DNA from: Mobula hypostoma | Taxonomy: Eukaryota | DNA: 64,000 nt | Direction of reading: 5' to 3' | NCBI RefSeq assembly: GCF_963921235.1 | Contig: NC_086108.1 | Coordinates: 95,234,001-95,298,000 of the forward strand | Part shown: one piece after another, positions 36,920 through 50,224 of the stretch | Layout: each line of letters begins with the position of its first letter | Position numbering within the stretch: position 1 is the stretch's first letter | Program-made: the position numbers and the translations under genes | The notes under the pieces: generated by a model | What the model was told of the DNA's origin: nothing | What the model saw: only the letters and a program-made list of their open reading frames with translations | Databases searched by the model: none

Positions 36920-37204
36920 GGGCAGCATGGTAGCATAGTGGTTAGCACAAAGCTTTGCAGTACAGATGATTCAGGTTCAATTCCTGCCATTGCCTGTAAG
37001 GAGTTTGTATGTTCTCCCTGTGACCACGTGGGTTTCCTCTGGGTGCTCTGGTTTCCCCCCACAGTCCAAAGACGTCCCGGTTGGTAGGTTAATTGGTCAT
37101 TGTAAATTGTCCCATGATTAGGCTAGCATTAAATTGGGGGATTGCTGGGTGGTGTGGCTCAAAGGATCAGAAGGGCCTATTCCACACTGTATCTCAAATC
37201 AATC
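36920..37204 (+). mobile_element. tRNA-derived V-SINE (HE1-like)
   Basis: A box TAGCATAGTGG (36931-36941), B box GGTTCAATTCC (36974-36984), V-domain GTGGGTTTCCTCTGGGTGCTCTGGTTTCC...CACAGTCCAAAGAC and a CR1-like 3' end GAAGGGCCT.TTCC. Confidence 0.85.
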
Positions 37205-37555
37205 AAGAACTAACTAACGTAGAAAAATTATAATGGGCAGGGATAGGATAGATTGCAGGAATTTCTTATCTTCTGATCAGAAGTGAACAAAACTAAAGGA
37301 CATAGATTCAGGGTAAGGTGTAAATGAGAGATTCAGAGGCTATTTGAGGGAGCCCTTTTCCAGATGGGGAGTAGAGAGTATGAAGATGTGCCGACAGAGA
37401 GTGATGGGAGTAGAATTTAATCCTCATGTAGACAAGCACTTGGAGCCAAGAAGGCTAGAAGCCAAGTGTTGGATGATGTGAGTAATACAGATGGATGCCG
37501 CTGATTAATGTGGATGTCATGGGCTGAATGGTCTGTTTCCATGCTGTGTGAATCT
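37205..37555 (+). mobile_element. Old CR1 3' fragment
   Basis: Degenerate KIIMG.DR.D and T.GH sequence plus CR1 3' UTR GGGCTGAATGG.CTGTTTCCATGCTGT. Confidence 0.55.
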
Positions 37556-38329
37556 ATCAGACCATTCTGCTTTACTATTCCAGATTACAGTCCATTACTG
37601 CAACAGCTCACAATGCTAATAATCTTTATTTTTCTATCATTAGATGTGAAGGATATTAGTTGAAATTAGAACTAAGTTTAATTTCAAGAAGCGTTGATCA
37701 CTTAAATCACACTTTAGATATGTAACACAGTGTTTCTGATACCTTGTGCGGTTCCTTCTAATGACCTTTGTAGATGTCATTGTTGATAACTTTGAGGTTT
37801 ACTGGAAATACCATTGAACATGACAGATCAGTTGCTTTCATCTGAATTCAGAACAATTTGAGATGAACATCCTCTAAGTTGCCAAGCGGAGGGAATCAGA
37901 AAATGATGTGGTAGGGTGGAAGTCTGGAGAGGTTTTGTGATGAAGGAGTACCATGTGAACAATGATAGTGATTGGACAAGAGAGGGAGCAAAAGGTCAGT
38001 CTGGAGGAGGTGTAAATGAGTAAAGCAATATTTGAAATTACTATAGGAAAACAGTGTGAAATGGAAATGTTGATGAGGTTAATTTTCTGAGACTGGGTCC
38101 AGAGGTCTGTGAGGCACATTTCTGGAGGCTGTGACACTCCAGATGGCAATTGAAGATGGCAAAACTAGCCATAAAATACAACAATCTGTTTGCCTCTGCT
38201 GGGATGGGGAGATCAAATGGCTTTTTAAGAAGAATTTAACATGAGGTATTTGTGTAATAACTGAAGAACCATTGATAGAACTTGTATCTAGTTAAATTGT
38301 ACTTCAGCAGGCAGATTGTGCTAATGATA

Positions 38330-38746
38330 ATAAGGAGAGGTTGAACAAGCTTGGGTTATTTTCACTGGATCATTGGAGGCTGAATGGTGACTTGATGGAA
38401 GTATATATAATGATGACAGGAACAGATAGGTTCCCCCCACCCCCAGCTGGAAATGTTAAATACTAGAAAGCATTTGTATCACATGATAGAGAGAATGTTT
38501 AGGGGAGATGTGTGAGGCTATTTTTATTTTACACAATGTGATAGGTGCCTGGGACATGCTGCCACGGGAGGTTACAGACACAGGTAAATAGCGATGTTTA
38601 GGAGGTATTTATACAGACATGTGAACAGGCAAGGGATAGAGGGATACAGGCTAAGTGCAGGCAGGTGGGATTAATTTGGAATAGCATCATAGTGGGTTAA
38701 GACATGGTGGGCCCAAGATCCTGTTCTTGTTTAGTATTGTTCTATG
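38330..38746 (+). mobile_element. Old CR1 3' fragment
   Basis: ERL.KLGLFSL...RL.GDL.EVY motif and TTCTATG tail. Confidence 0.65.
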
Positions 38747-39512
38747 CAGATAATCAGTTTTCCTTGAGATGCAGAGTTATAGTTTTTGCTTATTGAAGCT
38801 ACTTATAAATTATTGCCATGGCAGAAAATTAATTATTCCTGATTTAATCCACCAAGAGATACAAATATTAGTCTCAGAGCAAAGTATTCCAGCTGTTGAA
38901 AAGTTGAAAGAAAAAAAATTAATTAGCTGTGAGTTGGTTTTGACTGAACAAAACTTTTAATGCTGTGGTAAACAGTACATATTTATCTGGGAGGGGAGTA
39001 GAATGTCAAGTAGATTTTTTAACCATGAAAATAATTTGTTTTGTTGAGTTTATACTATATACAACCAAATTTTTGTTTTTCCTTCAAGAGATTCAAATGG
39101 AATTTATATTTTACTGTTTTACACTATTTTTTTAATCCAATCTGGTTATGTTTAGTCTACCGCATCTTGTCCTGGGCTTAAGTACAGCAGCTCCACTGTA
39201 GAGGGCACTGGATTCAAGCAGGCATTGATAAAAGGAATATCTTTGCTTCAGAACCTGATGTTCTTTATGGCTACCAGACAAAGTGCCATTACCTGTTGTT
39301 GCCTATAAGCATTACTCCCTTTTGAAAGAGTATGTGAAGATAAGTGTAATTAATCAATGTACCTGTGGAGAAAAAGTATGTGATATTCCAATGAAATTAG
39401 CCTTTTTTTCCAGTATTTTTCTGAACTTGTGAAATGGGAATTTAGAAAGGAATTTGGAAATTACAGTTTCTAATTTTTTTTTGTCTCTGTTTCTACCACA
39501 TGGAAACCTCAG

Positions 39513-39659
39513 AACCAAATCAGCAGTAACCAGCTGTGTCGAGCAGAAAAGGAGTGCAACAGCCTCCGTGAGAAGGTGCAATATCTCTCAGCCCAGAATA
39601 AGGGACTACTCACTCAATTAAATGAATCCAAACGGAAAATGGCTGAAATGGACTGCAAG
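39513..39659 (+). CDS. EVI5: EVI5 coding exon
   Basis: CTCAG|AAC...AAG|GTAC, 147 nt, phase 0. Translates NQISSNQLCRAEKECNSLREKVQYLSAQNKGLLTQLNESKRKMAEMDCK. Confidence 0.93.
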
Positions 39660-41926
39660 GTACAGTATGTGAAGTACATTCTATTCAGAGTGAAGCAAAT
39701 AATCATAGTGACTTAATTTTTGCCATAATGCATTTTCTGTGGGTAGGTTATCTGCTGTTCTTCAAAAATGTGAGGAAGAAACTGAAAGAATTAACATTTT
39801 GAGGAAATTGATGAAGAAATTATGATTTATGTGAGAAAGTCATGTTCATAATAACAGTTCTCTGCAAAATTGTTACAAAGAATATAATAATCTGAGTTCA
39901 TTTTGCACCTTCGTAAATTGTTGTGGAGTTAAATAAATTGAGGATAAATATATTTTTAAGCTAACCATCATAAAAATACCCATTAAAATCAAACTGGTTT
40001 GGTAGTATTTTTCAAGAAATGATCGCAACATCCCATTTCATTCTGGTTTGTCCATAATCTAGCCTACTGATGTAGACTGGTTGCCAGTTGAACTCCAAAG
40101 CTGCACCATGCAGTCATACTTGCCTTTTTTGGCCTTGTGGCTTTCAGCAAACGGCTGGGTTTCTGTGGTCATGTTGCAACGCAAAGGAATCCTTGAGCAG
40201 CAATCAGGCAACATGTGATGTTACTGTTGAATTGTCATTTCACTATCTCGCTCTGGCCAAGTCATAGATTTGCACGACACAGAAACTGGCTCTTCGGCCT
40301 ACCACATTCAAGCAGACCTTATTGTCCATCTACAATAATCCCAATTACCAACATGAAGACCATACCCTTTCCAAATAAAGTGTCTGTCTGAAAGCTGCTT
40401 CTTCCCACATACCAAAGGCATACAGGTTAGAGTTGGTAAGCTGTGGCCAGGTTATGTTGGTGCTGGAAGCATGGTGATTCTGGGTTGATTGTTTCCACAA
40501 ACTATTTTTTGATGTATCTATTGTATTGGTGTTGAAGCTGTACTTGTACGGCTAGTAGAATTTTCTGTTACACGAAGGCTGTGGGATATTGATGCCAAAT
40601 TACTTGTGTAAAGCTTCTGTAATGATTATTCATATTCAAATATTCAAGTTAGTTTACACAAGTTTAATTTTGCACACCTTTGGTTATTAATATCTGTACA
40701 TGCAGTTTAGATTTTGTTTTCAGTAAGAATATTGCAGTACCTATAAAGCAATAATATTTTCATTAAACTTTCAGAAATTCATACCAATTCCAAAGTGCAT
40801 CATAGATTACAATATGAATTGCCAAATGAAAAGCTTCTACTTTTATGTTTAGTCAAGCATTACACTTCAGTCACTTGTGCACATGAACCTTCGTGTCTTG
40901 CTCAATCCACTTGAGAGTATCTTCAGTTGACAATAACTACTTCAACATCATTGTGTTCCGGCAATTCCAGCTGTAGGCAAAACCAGTTTTTGCACCCACA
41001 GCAAGGTATCCTCTTCAAAGAGATTAGCTCCTGCAGCTGCAAATTTATCAATATTGAAAAGCTTTCAACGTGAATTTTGCTGTAACTTACAAGCTTTTAA
41101 GTGGTTATAAAACCACAATCTCAGAAATTGCAGTCGTTTAGATGTTTATAAGATTGTAATAACTGCAAACCTGCCTGATTTCCCAAGGTCTATGTACCCA
41201 AGGGTACTTACGTGAACCAGCAAAAAATCTTGAACTGGTCTCTTGAAGTTTAAAATACTATGTATGTAATATTAGCAGTGTTTTTTCCATGTGTTTTTTT
41301 TTGAGAAAAGAAATACTGCTATCCAGGATAATTGCATTAAATGTGAGATAGCATTCACCAGCAGGAAGTTTAAGAAACCAGATATTTTTCAGTAAAAATT
41401 TTTAACTGTTTTGAGTCAAAAGTTTGTTTTCAGAGTACAATATTTAATTGTTTTGGGTATATTCATTAACTAAGATGAAGTTCTTCAGAATATTTCATTT
41501 CTATAGTACACCTAACATGGTTAAATGCCCCATAATGCCTTTTGAAAGCATCATTTGAAGTTGAAATCAAAAACTCTGCAGTTCAGCAAAGCTTTAACGG
41601 ATTAACACTAGTTTTTGTTCTTTTCTTTATTCAAAACCATTTCAAGATTAGTGAAAATTTTTAAAAATTAATGAAGTGTACTGTATGTAAAGAATAGTTT
41701 TTGCTGTTTTTCTGCCAGATTTAATTTTTAATTGGGGAGCCATCACATGAACTTTATCTCCACTTCTTTCCTCCTCTTCCCCAATCAAATAAGTTTAAAC
41801 CGTGAAATAGTATCTTATGCTAAATAGCCTTGCAAAGTATTAAAATTTTAATAATTTCATCTAAGAGAAATCCTCTAATGTTTTTTCTGAATCATTTACC
41901 TTTTAAGTAATTTGGTTTAATTTTAG

Positions 41927-42022
41927 AATAAAGAAGATGTGATGGCAGTAAGACTTAGAGAAGCAGACAGCATTGCAGCCATGGCTGAACTTCGACAGAA
42001 AATCGCTGAACTGGAAATGCAG
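41927..42022 (+). CDS. EVI5: EVI5 coding exon
   Basis: TTTTAG|AAT...CAG|GTAATG, 96 nt, phase 0. Translates NKEDVMAVRLREADSIAAMAELRQKIAELEMQ. The next exon (KEEG...) was not found in the remaining 22 kb. Confidence 0.93.
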
Positions 42023-43192
42023 GTAATGAAAATGGAAGTTAAATTTAATGGAACTCTTTTCAGTGATCTTTCTAGATTTCACTTGATCAGAAATGTTCAG
42101 TTATAGTTTGGATTCTGGTATTTTCCAGATAGTTTAACAAAATCTTGACACATCCTTTAACCACATTGAAATTCTGTCCAGTTCATGATGTGTCCCCTGT
42201 TGCTGTGAAGTAAATCAGCAGATTATGTCAGAGTTTCCTGTCGTCTTGTATGCGTATTATGATATCAGGTGTTTTTACTGAACCAGTAGAGGCAGTGTGC
42301 TTTTGATTTCCTGTTTCAAATGTTGCTTTACATTTGTGGGATCACATTTCCTTAAATACACTGTAAAATTAATCCAGCATGAAAAATGGTGAATTCAAGC
42401 CATTATACTGGAACAATATCACTCGAAGTTTAGGTAATGGGCTCAGATTGAAGTCATAGCAGTATTATTGAATGAGAATTTTTGGATTTTTTAAAAAATC
42501 AGGTAATAGTCAGATGAGCATTATCTCCTGTGTCTTGGTTGCTTATTCATTTCTTTACCTGTGTAGATCTACATGATGATTGGTTTTAGAAACTCTTCCG
42601 TAAGGTTTTGACAGGTATATTAATGTACAGTTTCAATTCGGACTTTATTATATGGTTAACCAGAACTAATTTTTTTAAAGCAATATAAAAGTTATATTTT
42701 TCATAATCATCTATTATGAATTAAAAGGTTTGACTATTGAGGCAATTTGCCTTAAACATCTCAGCTACAACATCATCTTACACGGTAGTAATCTGTTCTC
42801 ATCCCAAATGCTGTGCATTATTTCACTGAGCAAAGCTGATAAAAAAAATGTTCTTGTTGCTTAGCCTTTTTGTCCTCAGAAATATTTCCATCTTTTCCTC
42901 ATTCAACTATCTGAAGTGATACAAAAGCTGCTTGTTCATGTCTTAATCAAAGAACTTAATTAAAAATACATTTTTGAAAATCGTCATAAATTTATTCTAA
43001 ATGGAAGCTATTCCAACAATGTCAATACACGTTGAGAAGTGTGTGGAGAGTAAATGAGCATTGATTATGTTGTTTTGATTTAATTTAAATTACTTCTTTT
43101 ATAAAGCGATTTTCTTTTTATACTAAGTCTTGGTTCTCCAGCTGGAACTTTCTTGCCATCATCTATGATGTAGTACACAGGATCAAAAAATT

Positions 43193-44080
43193 TTCAGATG
43201 ACACCAAGATAGGGGGTACTGTGGACAGGAAGGAAGGCTGTCAAAGCTTGCAGCAGGATCAGGACCAGCTGGAAAAATGGGCTGAAAAATAGTAGATAGA
43301 ATTTAATGCAGACAAGTGTGAGATACTGCATTTGAGAGGACGAACACAGTGAGCGGAAGGGCAATGAGTGCGGTAAAACAGAAGGATCTGGGAATACAGA
43401 TCCATCATTCTTTGAAAGTGGCATCATAAAGGTAGATAGAGTCATAAAGACAGCTTTCAGCATATTGACCTTCATAAATCAAAGTATTGAGTACAGAGGT
43501 TGGGATATTATGTTGAAGTTGTATAAGACATTGGTGAGGCCTAATCTGGAGTATTGTATGTAGCTCTGGTCACCTACCTACAGGAAACGTCAATAAGATT
43601 GAAAGAGTACAGAGAAAATTTACAAGGATATTGCTGGGTCTGGAGGACCTGAGTTATAAGGAAAGCTTGAATAGATAAGGACTGTATTCCTTAGAACTTA
43701 GAAGATTGAGAGGAGATATGACAGAGATATACATACTTGAGGGATAGAGATAGAGTAACTACAAGCAGGCTTTTTTCACTGTGGTTGGGTGGGACTACAA
43801 CCAGATGTCATGGATTAAGGGTGAAAGGTGAGAGGTTTAAGGGGTACATGAGGGTAAACTTCAGCTATAGGGTCATGAGAGTGTGGAATGAGCTGCAGCA
43901 GAAGTAGTGCATGCGAGCTAGATTTCAGCGTTTAAACAACATTTGGACAGGTACATGGATGGTAGGGGTATTGAGGGCTATGGTCCCAGTGCAGATCAAT
44001 GGGAGTAGGCAGTTTATAAATGTTTCGGCATGGAAATTAGGCTGAAGAGCCTGTTTCTGCACTGTGCCTTTTTATGACTA
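43193..44080 (+). mobile_element. CR1 RT 3' fragment
   Basis: (F)ADDTK, MEFN.DKC, LYKTLVRP.LEYC and RLRGD motifs. Confidence 0.8.
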
Positions 44081-44087
44081 AAATTAT

Positions 44088-44665
44088 GAGCTTCCTGATG
44101 GTAACAGTGAGAAGAGAGCATGGACTGGATGGTGGGGTTCCTTGATAGATGCTGAGTTCTGCAACAGCGCTCCATGTAGATGTGCTCAATGTTGGGGAGG
44201 GCTTTACCTGTGATGGTTTGGGCTATATCCACTACTTTTTGTAGGCTTTTCCATTTAAGGGCATTGGTGTTTCCATACTAGGCTGTGATGCAACCAGAAA
44301 ATAAATTCTCCACCATACATCTATAGATGTTTGTCAGAGTTTTAGATGACATGTTGAACTTTGCAAACTTCTAAGAAAGTAGGGGTGTTGCAGTGATTTC
44401 TTTGTAATGGCACTTGCGTGCTCTGGAATGATAATGCCGAGGAATTTAAAGTTGTTGACCCTCTTTATCTCTGATCCCCTGATGAGGACTGGCTCATGGA
44501 CCACTGGTTTCCTCTTCCCGAAGTTAATAATCAGCTCATTGGTCTTGCTGCCATTGAATGAGAGGTTGTTCCATTGATACCATTCGGCCAGATTTTCAGT
44601 CTCCCTCCTATATGCTGACTCATCACCATCTTTAATTCGGCCAACAACAGTGGTGTCATCAGCTA
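44088..44665 (-). mobile_element. Rex1/Babar-like fragment
   Basis: Minus strand ADDTTVVGRI, KTNELII and AQTITG..LP.IE motifs. Confidence 0.7.
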
Positions 44666-44915
44666 TCCCCTCTGATTGAAGTTGAGTGAAGCTATCCCCT
44701 CTGGTTCAAGAGCTTAATGGGTCTCACTTTCAAGGCTCTTCATCTTGTATTTTCCGTATTTATTGTCTGTCTGTTTATTTATTTATATTTATGTTTGCAC
44801 AGTTTGTCTTTTGCACATTGGTTGTCCATCTTGTGTGCAGTTTTTCATTTATTGTGTTTCTTTGTACTGTATTTACCGTGAATGCCTGCAAAAATGAATC
44901 TCAGGATAGTATTGT

Positions 44916-47035
44916 ATTAGAAAAGCGTTTAATTGGAGTAAGAATTATGAGTCTATCATGCAGGAACTTGGAAGCTTAAATTGGGAACAGATGTTCTCAG
45001 GGCAAGGTACAGAAAAAATGTGGCAAATATTCAGGAGATATTTGTGTGGAGTTCTGCATAGGTACGTACCAATGAGACAGGGAAGTTATGATAGGGTACA
45101 GGAACTGTGTTGTACAAAGGCTGTAGTAAATCTAGTCAAGAAGAAAAGAAAAGCTTACAAAAGGTTCAGAGAGCTAGGTAATGTTAGAGATCTGGAAGAT
45201 TATAAGGCTAACAGGAAGGAGCTTAAGAAGAAAATTAGGAGATCCAGAAGGGACCTTGAGAAGGCCTTGGCAGACAGGATTAAGGAAAACCCCAAGGCAT
45301 TCTACAATTATGTGAAGAGCAAGAGGATAAGAAAAGAGAGAATAGGACCAATCAAGTGTGACAGTGGGAAAGTGTGTATGGAACGGGAGGAAATAGCAGA
45401 GATACTTAATAAATACTTTGCTTCAGTACTCACTATGGAAGAGGATCTTGGTGATTGTAGTGATGACTTGCAGCAGACTGAAAAGCTTAAGCATGTTGAT
45501 ATTAAGAAAGAGGATGTGCTGGAGCTTTTGGAAAGCATCAAGTCGGATAAGTCGCCAGGACCAGATGAGATGTACCCCAGGCTACTGTGGGAGGTGAGGG
45601 AGGAGATTGCTGAACCTCTGGCAATGATCTTTGCATCATCAATGGGGACGGGAGAGGTTCCAGAGGATTCGAGGGTTGCGGATGTTGTTCCCTTATTCAC
45701 GAAAGGGAGTAGAGATAGCCCGGGAAATTAGAGACCACTGAGTCTTACTTCAGTGGTTGGTAAATTGATGGAGAAGATCCTGAGAGGCAGGATTTATGAA
45801 CATTTATAGAGGTATAATATGATTAGGAATAGTCCGCATGGCTTTGTCAAAGGCAGGTCGTGCCTTACGAGCCTGACTGAATTTTTTGAGGATGTGACTA
45901 AACACATTGGTGAAGGACGAGCAGTAGATGTAGTGTATATGGATTTCAGCAAGGCATTTGACAGGGTACCCCATGCAAGGCTTATTGAGAAAGTAAGGAG
46001 GCATGAGATCCAAGGTGACATTGCTTTGTGGATCCAGAATTGGCTTGCCCACAGAAGGCAAAGGGTGGTTGTAGATGGGTCATATTCTGCATGGAGGTCG
46101 GTGACCAGTGGTGTGCCTCAGGGATCTGTTCTGGGACCCTTACTCTTCGTGATTTTTATAAATGACCTGGATGAGGAAGTGGAGGGATGGGTTAGTAAAT
46201 TTGCTGATGACACAAAGGTTGGGGGTGTTGTGGATAGTGTGGAGGGCTGTCAGAGTTTACAGTGTGACATTGATAGGATGCAAAACTGGGCTGAGAAGTG
46301 GCAGATGGAGTTCAAGCCAGATAAGTGTGAGGTGCTTCATTTTGGTGGGTCCAATATGATGGCAGAATATAGTATTAATGGTAAGACTCTTGGCAGTGTG
46401 GAGGATCAGAGGGATCTTGGGGTCCGAGTCCATAGGACGCTCAAAGCAGAAGGCATACGGCCTTCATCAATCGTGGAATTGAATTTAGGAGTGGAGAGGT
46501 AATGTTGCAGCTATATAGGACCCTGGTCAGACCCCACTTAGAGTACTGTGCTCATTTTTGGTTACCTCATTACAGGAAGGATGTGGAAACCATAGAAAGA
46601 GTGCAGAGGAGATTTACAAGGATGTTGCCTGGATTGGGGAGCATTCTCCTTGGAGCGACAGAGGATGAGAGGTGACCTGATAGAGGTGTATAAGATGATG
46701 AGAGGCATTGATTGTGTGGATAGTTAGAGGCTTTTTCCCAGGGCTGAAATGGCTGCCACAAGAGAGCACAGGTTTAAGGTGCATTGGAGTAGGTACAGAG
46801 GAGATGTCAGGAGTAAGTTTTTTTACGTAGAGAGTGGTGAGTGTGTGGAATGGGCTACCGGCAATGATGGTGGAGGTGGATATGATAGGGTCTTTTAAGA
46901 GACTTTTGGATAGATATATGGAGCTTAGAAAATTAGTGTTATGGGTAACCCTAGTAATTTCTAAGGTAGGGACATGTTTGGCACAACTTTGTGGGCCGAA
47001 GGGCCTGTATTGTGCTGTAGGATTTCTGTGTTCTA
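44916..47035 (+). mobile_element. CR1 ORF2 fragment (same subfamily as 1438-5040) inserted in a Rex1-type 3' end
   Basis: ORFs 44958-45731 and 45819-46502 ([29 protein letters not shown]). Probable TSD TATTGT at 44910-44915 and 47036-47041. Confidence 0.88.
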
Positions 47036-47607
47036 TATTGTGACATGTATGTATTTTGATAATAAATTTACTTTGGATTTTACTATGTTAGCTCTGGAAT
47101 GTGTGGTGACATTTGCAGACTGTCCCATGCTTAGTTTGTGTTGGTTGGCAACATAAACAACACATTTCACTGTTTGCTTTGATGTACAAAAGATAAGTAA
47201 ATCTGAATCTGATGCTCTTCATCATGAAGAGGTCGCTTAGAATTGTAAAGTAGGGATCTGTTTGACCCATTGTTCTGACTAGGTCTTTCAGGCACCTACA
47301 ATTTGCCTCATTCCCTCCTTCTCTCCTTTTTATGTATTGCATTGTACTACTGTTGCAAAACAACGAATTTCATGACATATGCCAATGATAATACACCTGG
47401 ATCTGATTCCCCTAGTATGTGGACGAGTGGTAGAGTCTAGAGGCTTGTTGATGGGAATATGGGAAGAATATCCCTTTGCCACCCCCTCAACAACAGGATA
47501 CTGCAGAATATAAGCAGAGGAAAGTCACAATGGTCAGGACTCTGCCACTGCGTCTGGCTGTGTGACTCAGAAAGGAAGGGGGAGAAGAGGCAAGCTGTGG
47601 TGATAGG

Positions 47608-48130
47608 AAATAGCCGCTACCACCCTCAGGCCAGGTTTGGTCTTGTGGTCCAGCAGTCTGAAGGCTGTAGTAATCTCAGAGCTCACAGTCGCCCTGGGAA
47701 GATGCAGTCTGCGAGGCGTATGAACGGAAACGTAAGATACGCTGAGCTGGCCACAGATGCTAAGCAGAGTGGATGGAAGGTGCAGATTTTCCCAGTAGAG
47801 GTTGGCTGCAGAGGATATGTGGCTACTTCCATGGTAAGATTGCTGAAGGGATTGGGAGCCGGAGGCCAGGGCTAGTGGCAAGCCATAAAAGAACTCTCGG
47901 AGGTAGCCGAGTGAAGCAGTCACTGGTTATGGATGAAGAGGAGTGACGGCAGCTGGGCCCTAAAATGACCCGTGGGTGGCCAGATGTGAAGTGGGTGCAT
48001 CTGAGACTCTGGGTTGCACTGTTAAGCCCTCTGGAGATATAGTGGGCTTAAATTAATGAAACATCTAAGGGGGGGGGGTGCCCTCCTGATGATCCCTGGA
48101 AGCATCTGCCACCCACCAAGCCTCACCTCA
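47608..48130 (+). mobile_element. HERO-like (R2-group) non-LTR retrotransposon 3' fragment, restriction-like endonuclease domain
   Basis: Frameshifted TTLRP.LVLWS..K.V...ELTV.WE..EAYERK...YAEL....GW...FPVEVGCRGY...AE..S.WLW.KR. Confidence 0.75.
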
Positions 48131-48214
48131 AGATCTCAATGCAATGACCCGAGTCAGGATCTGTTTATTAGAGTGATTGAAACATCTCGTCCTATGAGCT
48201 TAAACTTGCGCTGT

Positions 48215-49610
48215 TTAAGAAAGGCTCTAAAAATAAACCAGGAAATTATTGGCCAGTGAGCCTGACATCAGTCGTGGTAAAGTTATTGGAAGGTATTCAA
48301 AGGGACTGAATATGAATATTTGGATAGACATGGACTGGTTAGAGATGGTCAACATGACTTGGTGCATGGTAAGTTGTGTCTAACCAATCTGATGGTGTTT
48401 TTTTGAGAAAGTTACCAGGCAAGTTGATGTAGGAAAGGCAGTAGATGGCTACATGGACTTTTAGCAAGGCCTTTGATAATTCCTGAACGAGAGGTTGGCC
48501 AAGAAGGTTTGGTTGCTTAGCATTCAAGATGAAGTAGTAAATTGTATTAGACATTGTCTTTGTGGGAGAAGCCAGAGAGTGGTAGTTGATGGTTGCCTCA
48601 CTGACTGAAGGGCTGAGACTAGCGGAGTGCCACAGGGATTGGTGCTGGGTCCGTTGTTGTTTGTCATCTATATCAGTGATCTGAATGATAATGTGGTTCA
48701 CTGGATCAGCAGATTTGCAGGATTCTCCAAGATTGTGGGTATAGTGGACAGTGAGGAAAACTATCAGAGTGGGACCTGGACCAGCTGGAAGAATGGATTG
48801 AAAAATGGCAGATGGATTTTAATGCAGATAAGTGCAAGGTGTTGCACTTTGATAGAACCAAGCAGGGTAGGTCTTACACAGTGAACATAGGGCATTGGAA
48901 AGCACTGTAGAACAAAGGGATCTGGGAATACAGGTTCATAATTCATTGAAAGTGGCATCACAGACAGACAGGGTAATAAAGAAAGCTTTTGTCACATTGG
49001 CCTTCGTGTATCAAAGTATTGAGTATGGGATGTTATGCTAAAGTTGTGTAAGATGTTGGTGTGGCCTAATTTGGAGTGTTGTGTGCAGTTTTGGTCACCT
49101 GCCTATAGGAAAGATGTAAATAAGGTTGTGAAAGGGTAGAGAGAAAATTTACAGGGATGTTGTGGGGGACCAGAGGACCTGAATCATAAGAGAAGATTTA
49201 ATAGGTTAGGACTTTGTTCCTTGGAACGTAGAAGACTGTCGGGAGATTTGATAGAGGTATACAAAATTATGAAGGACATAGACAGGGTAAATGCAAGCAG
49301 GCTTTTTCCACTGAGATTGGGTGGGACAACACCTCGCAATCATGGGTTAAGGGTAAAAGGTAAAAACTTTGAGGAGAACATTGGGGAACTTCTTTACTCC
49401 GAGGGTGGTGAGAGTATGAAACAAGCTGCCAACGCAAGTGTTGGATGTGTGGCTGATTTCAACATTTAAGAGAAATTTGTATAGGTACATGGATGGTAGG
49501 GGTAGGGAGGGCTATGGTTCTGGTGCAGGTCGATGGGAGTAGGCAGTTTAAATGGGTCAGCACGGATTAGATGGGTGAAAGGGCCTGTTTTTGTATTGTA
49601 CTTTTATATG
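48215..49610 (+). mobile_element. Degenerate CR1 RT fragment
   Basis: NY.PVSLTSV, DFSKAFD, GVPQG.VLGP and GDLIEVYKIM motifs. Confidence 0.8.
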
Positions 49611-50224
49611 ACCATCAGATATAGGAGCAGAATTAGGCCATTTGGCCTATTGAATCTGCTGTGCAATTTCATCATGGCTGATCCATTTTCCCTTTCAGCC
49701 TTAAATGTACATAAAGACTTAGCCTCCACAGTTGCATGTGGCACTGAATTCCATAGCTTCACCACTCTCTGGCTAAAGAAATTCCACCTCATCGTTATTC
49801 AGAAAGGACACCACTATTTGAAGGCTTTGTCCTCTGGTCTTAGACACTCTCACCGTAGGAAACATCCTTTCTTTCTTTCTTTTTAAATCTTTTTATTGAG
49901 TAAGTATACAAAAAAGGTAAGCCATATAAACATTAATACAATGTTAAAGTATAATAAAATTCCAAAAGATAACAATACCAAAAAGAAAATACTACAATGT
50001 AATTTAAGCATAAGAAACCAAGATAACATAATAGTATACTAAATTTTATATATATCAATGGAAAAAAAGAAAAAAAAACCCCCAAAAAAAAACCCACCGT
50101 GCAACTAACTAAAAGCAAGGCAAAGCAATGGGCTAACTTGAAACCAAACAGAGTTAAACTTAAAATCACGTCCTCAATCTCGACCTCCATTAAAACAGTG
50201 AAAAAAAAACAAGAAGGGTAAATA

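Noticed and set aside
36920..36995. tRNA gene
   Set aside because: The A and B boxes belong to a SINE head; no cloverleaf, and it continues into a V-domain.
39192..39208. CTCF-like motif ACTGTAGAGGGCACT
   Set aside because: Two mismatches in the core; cannot be supported from sequence alone.
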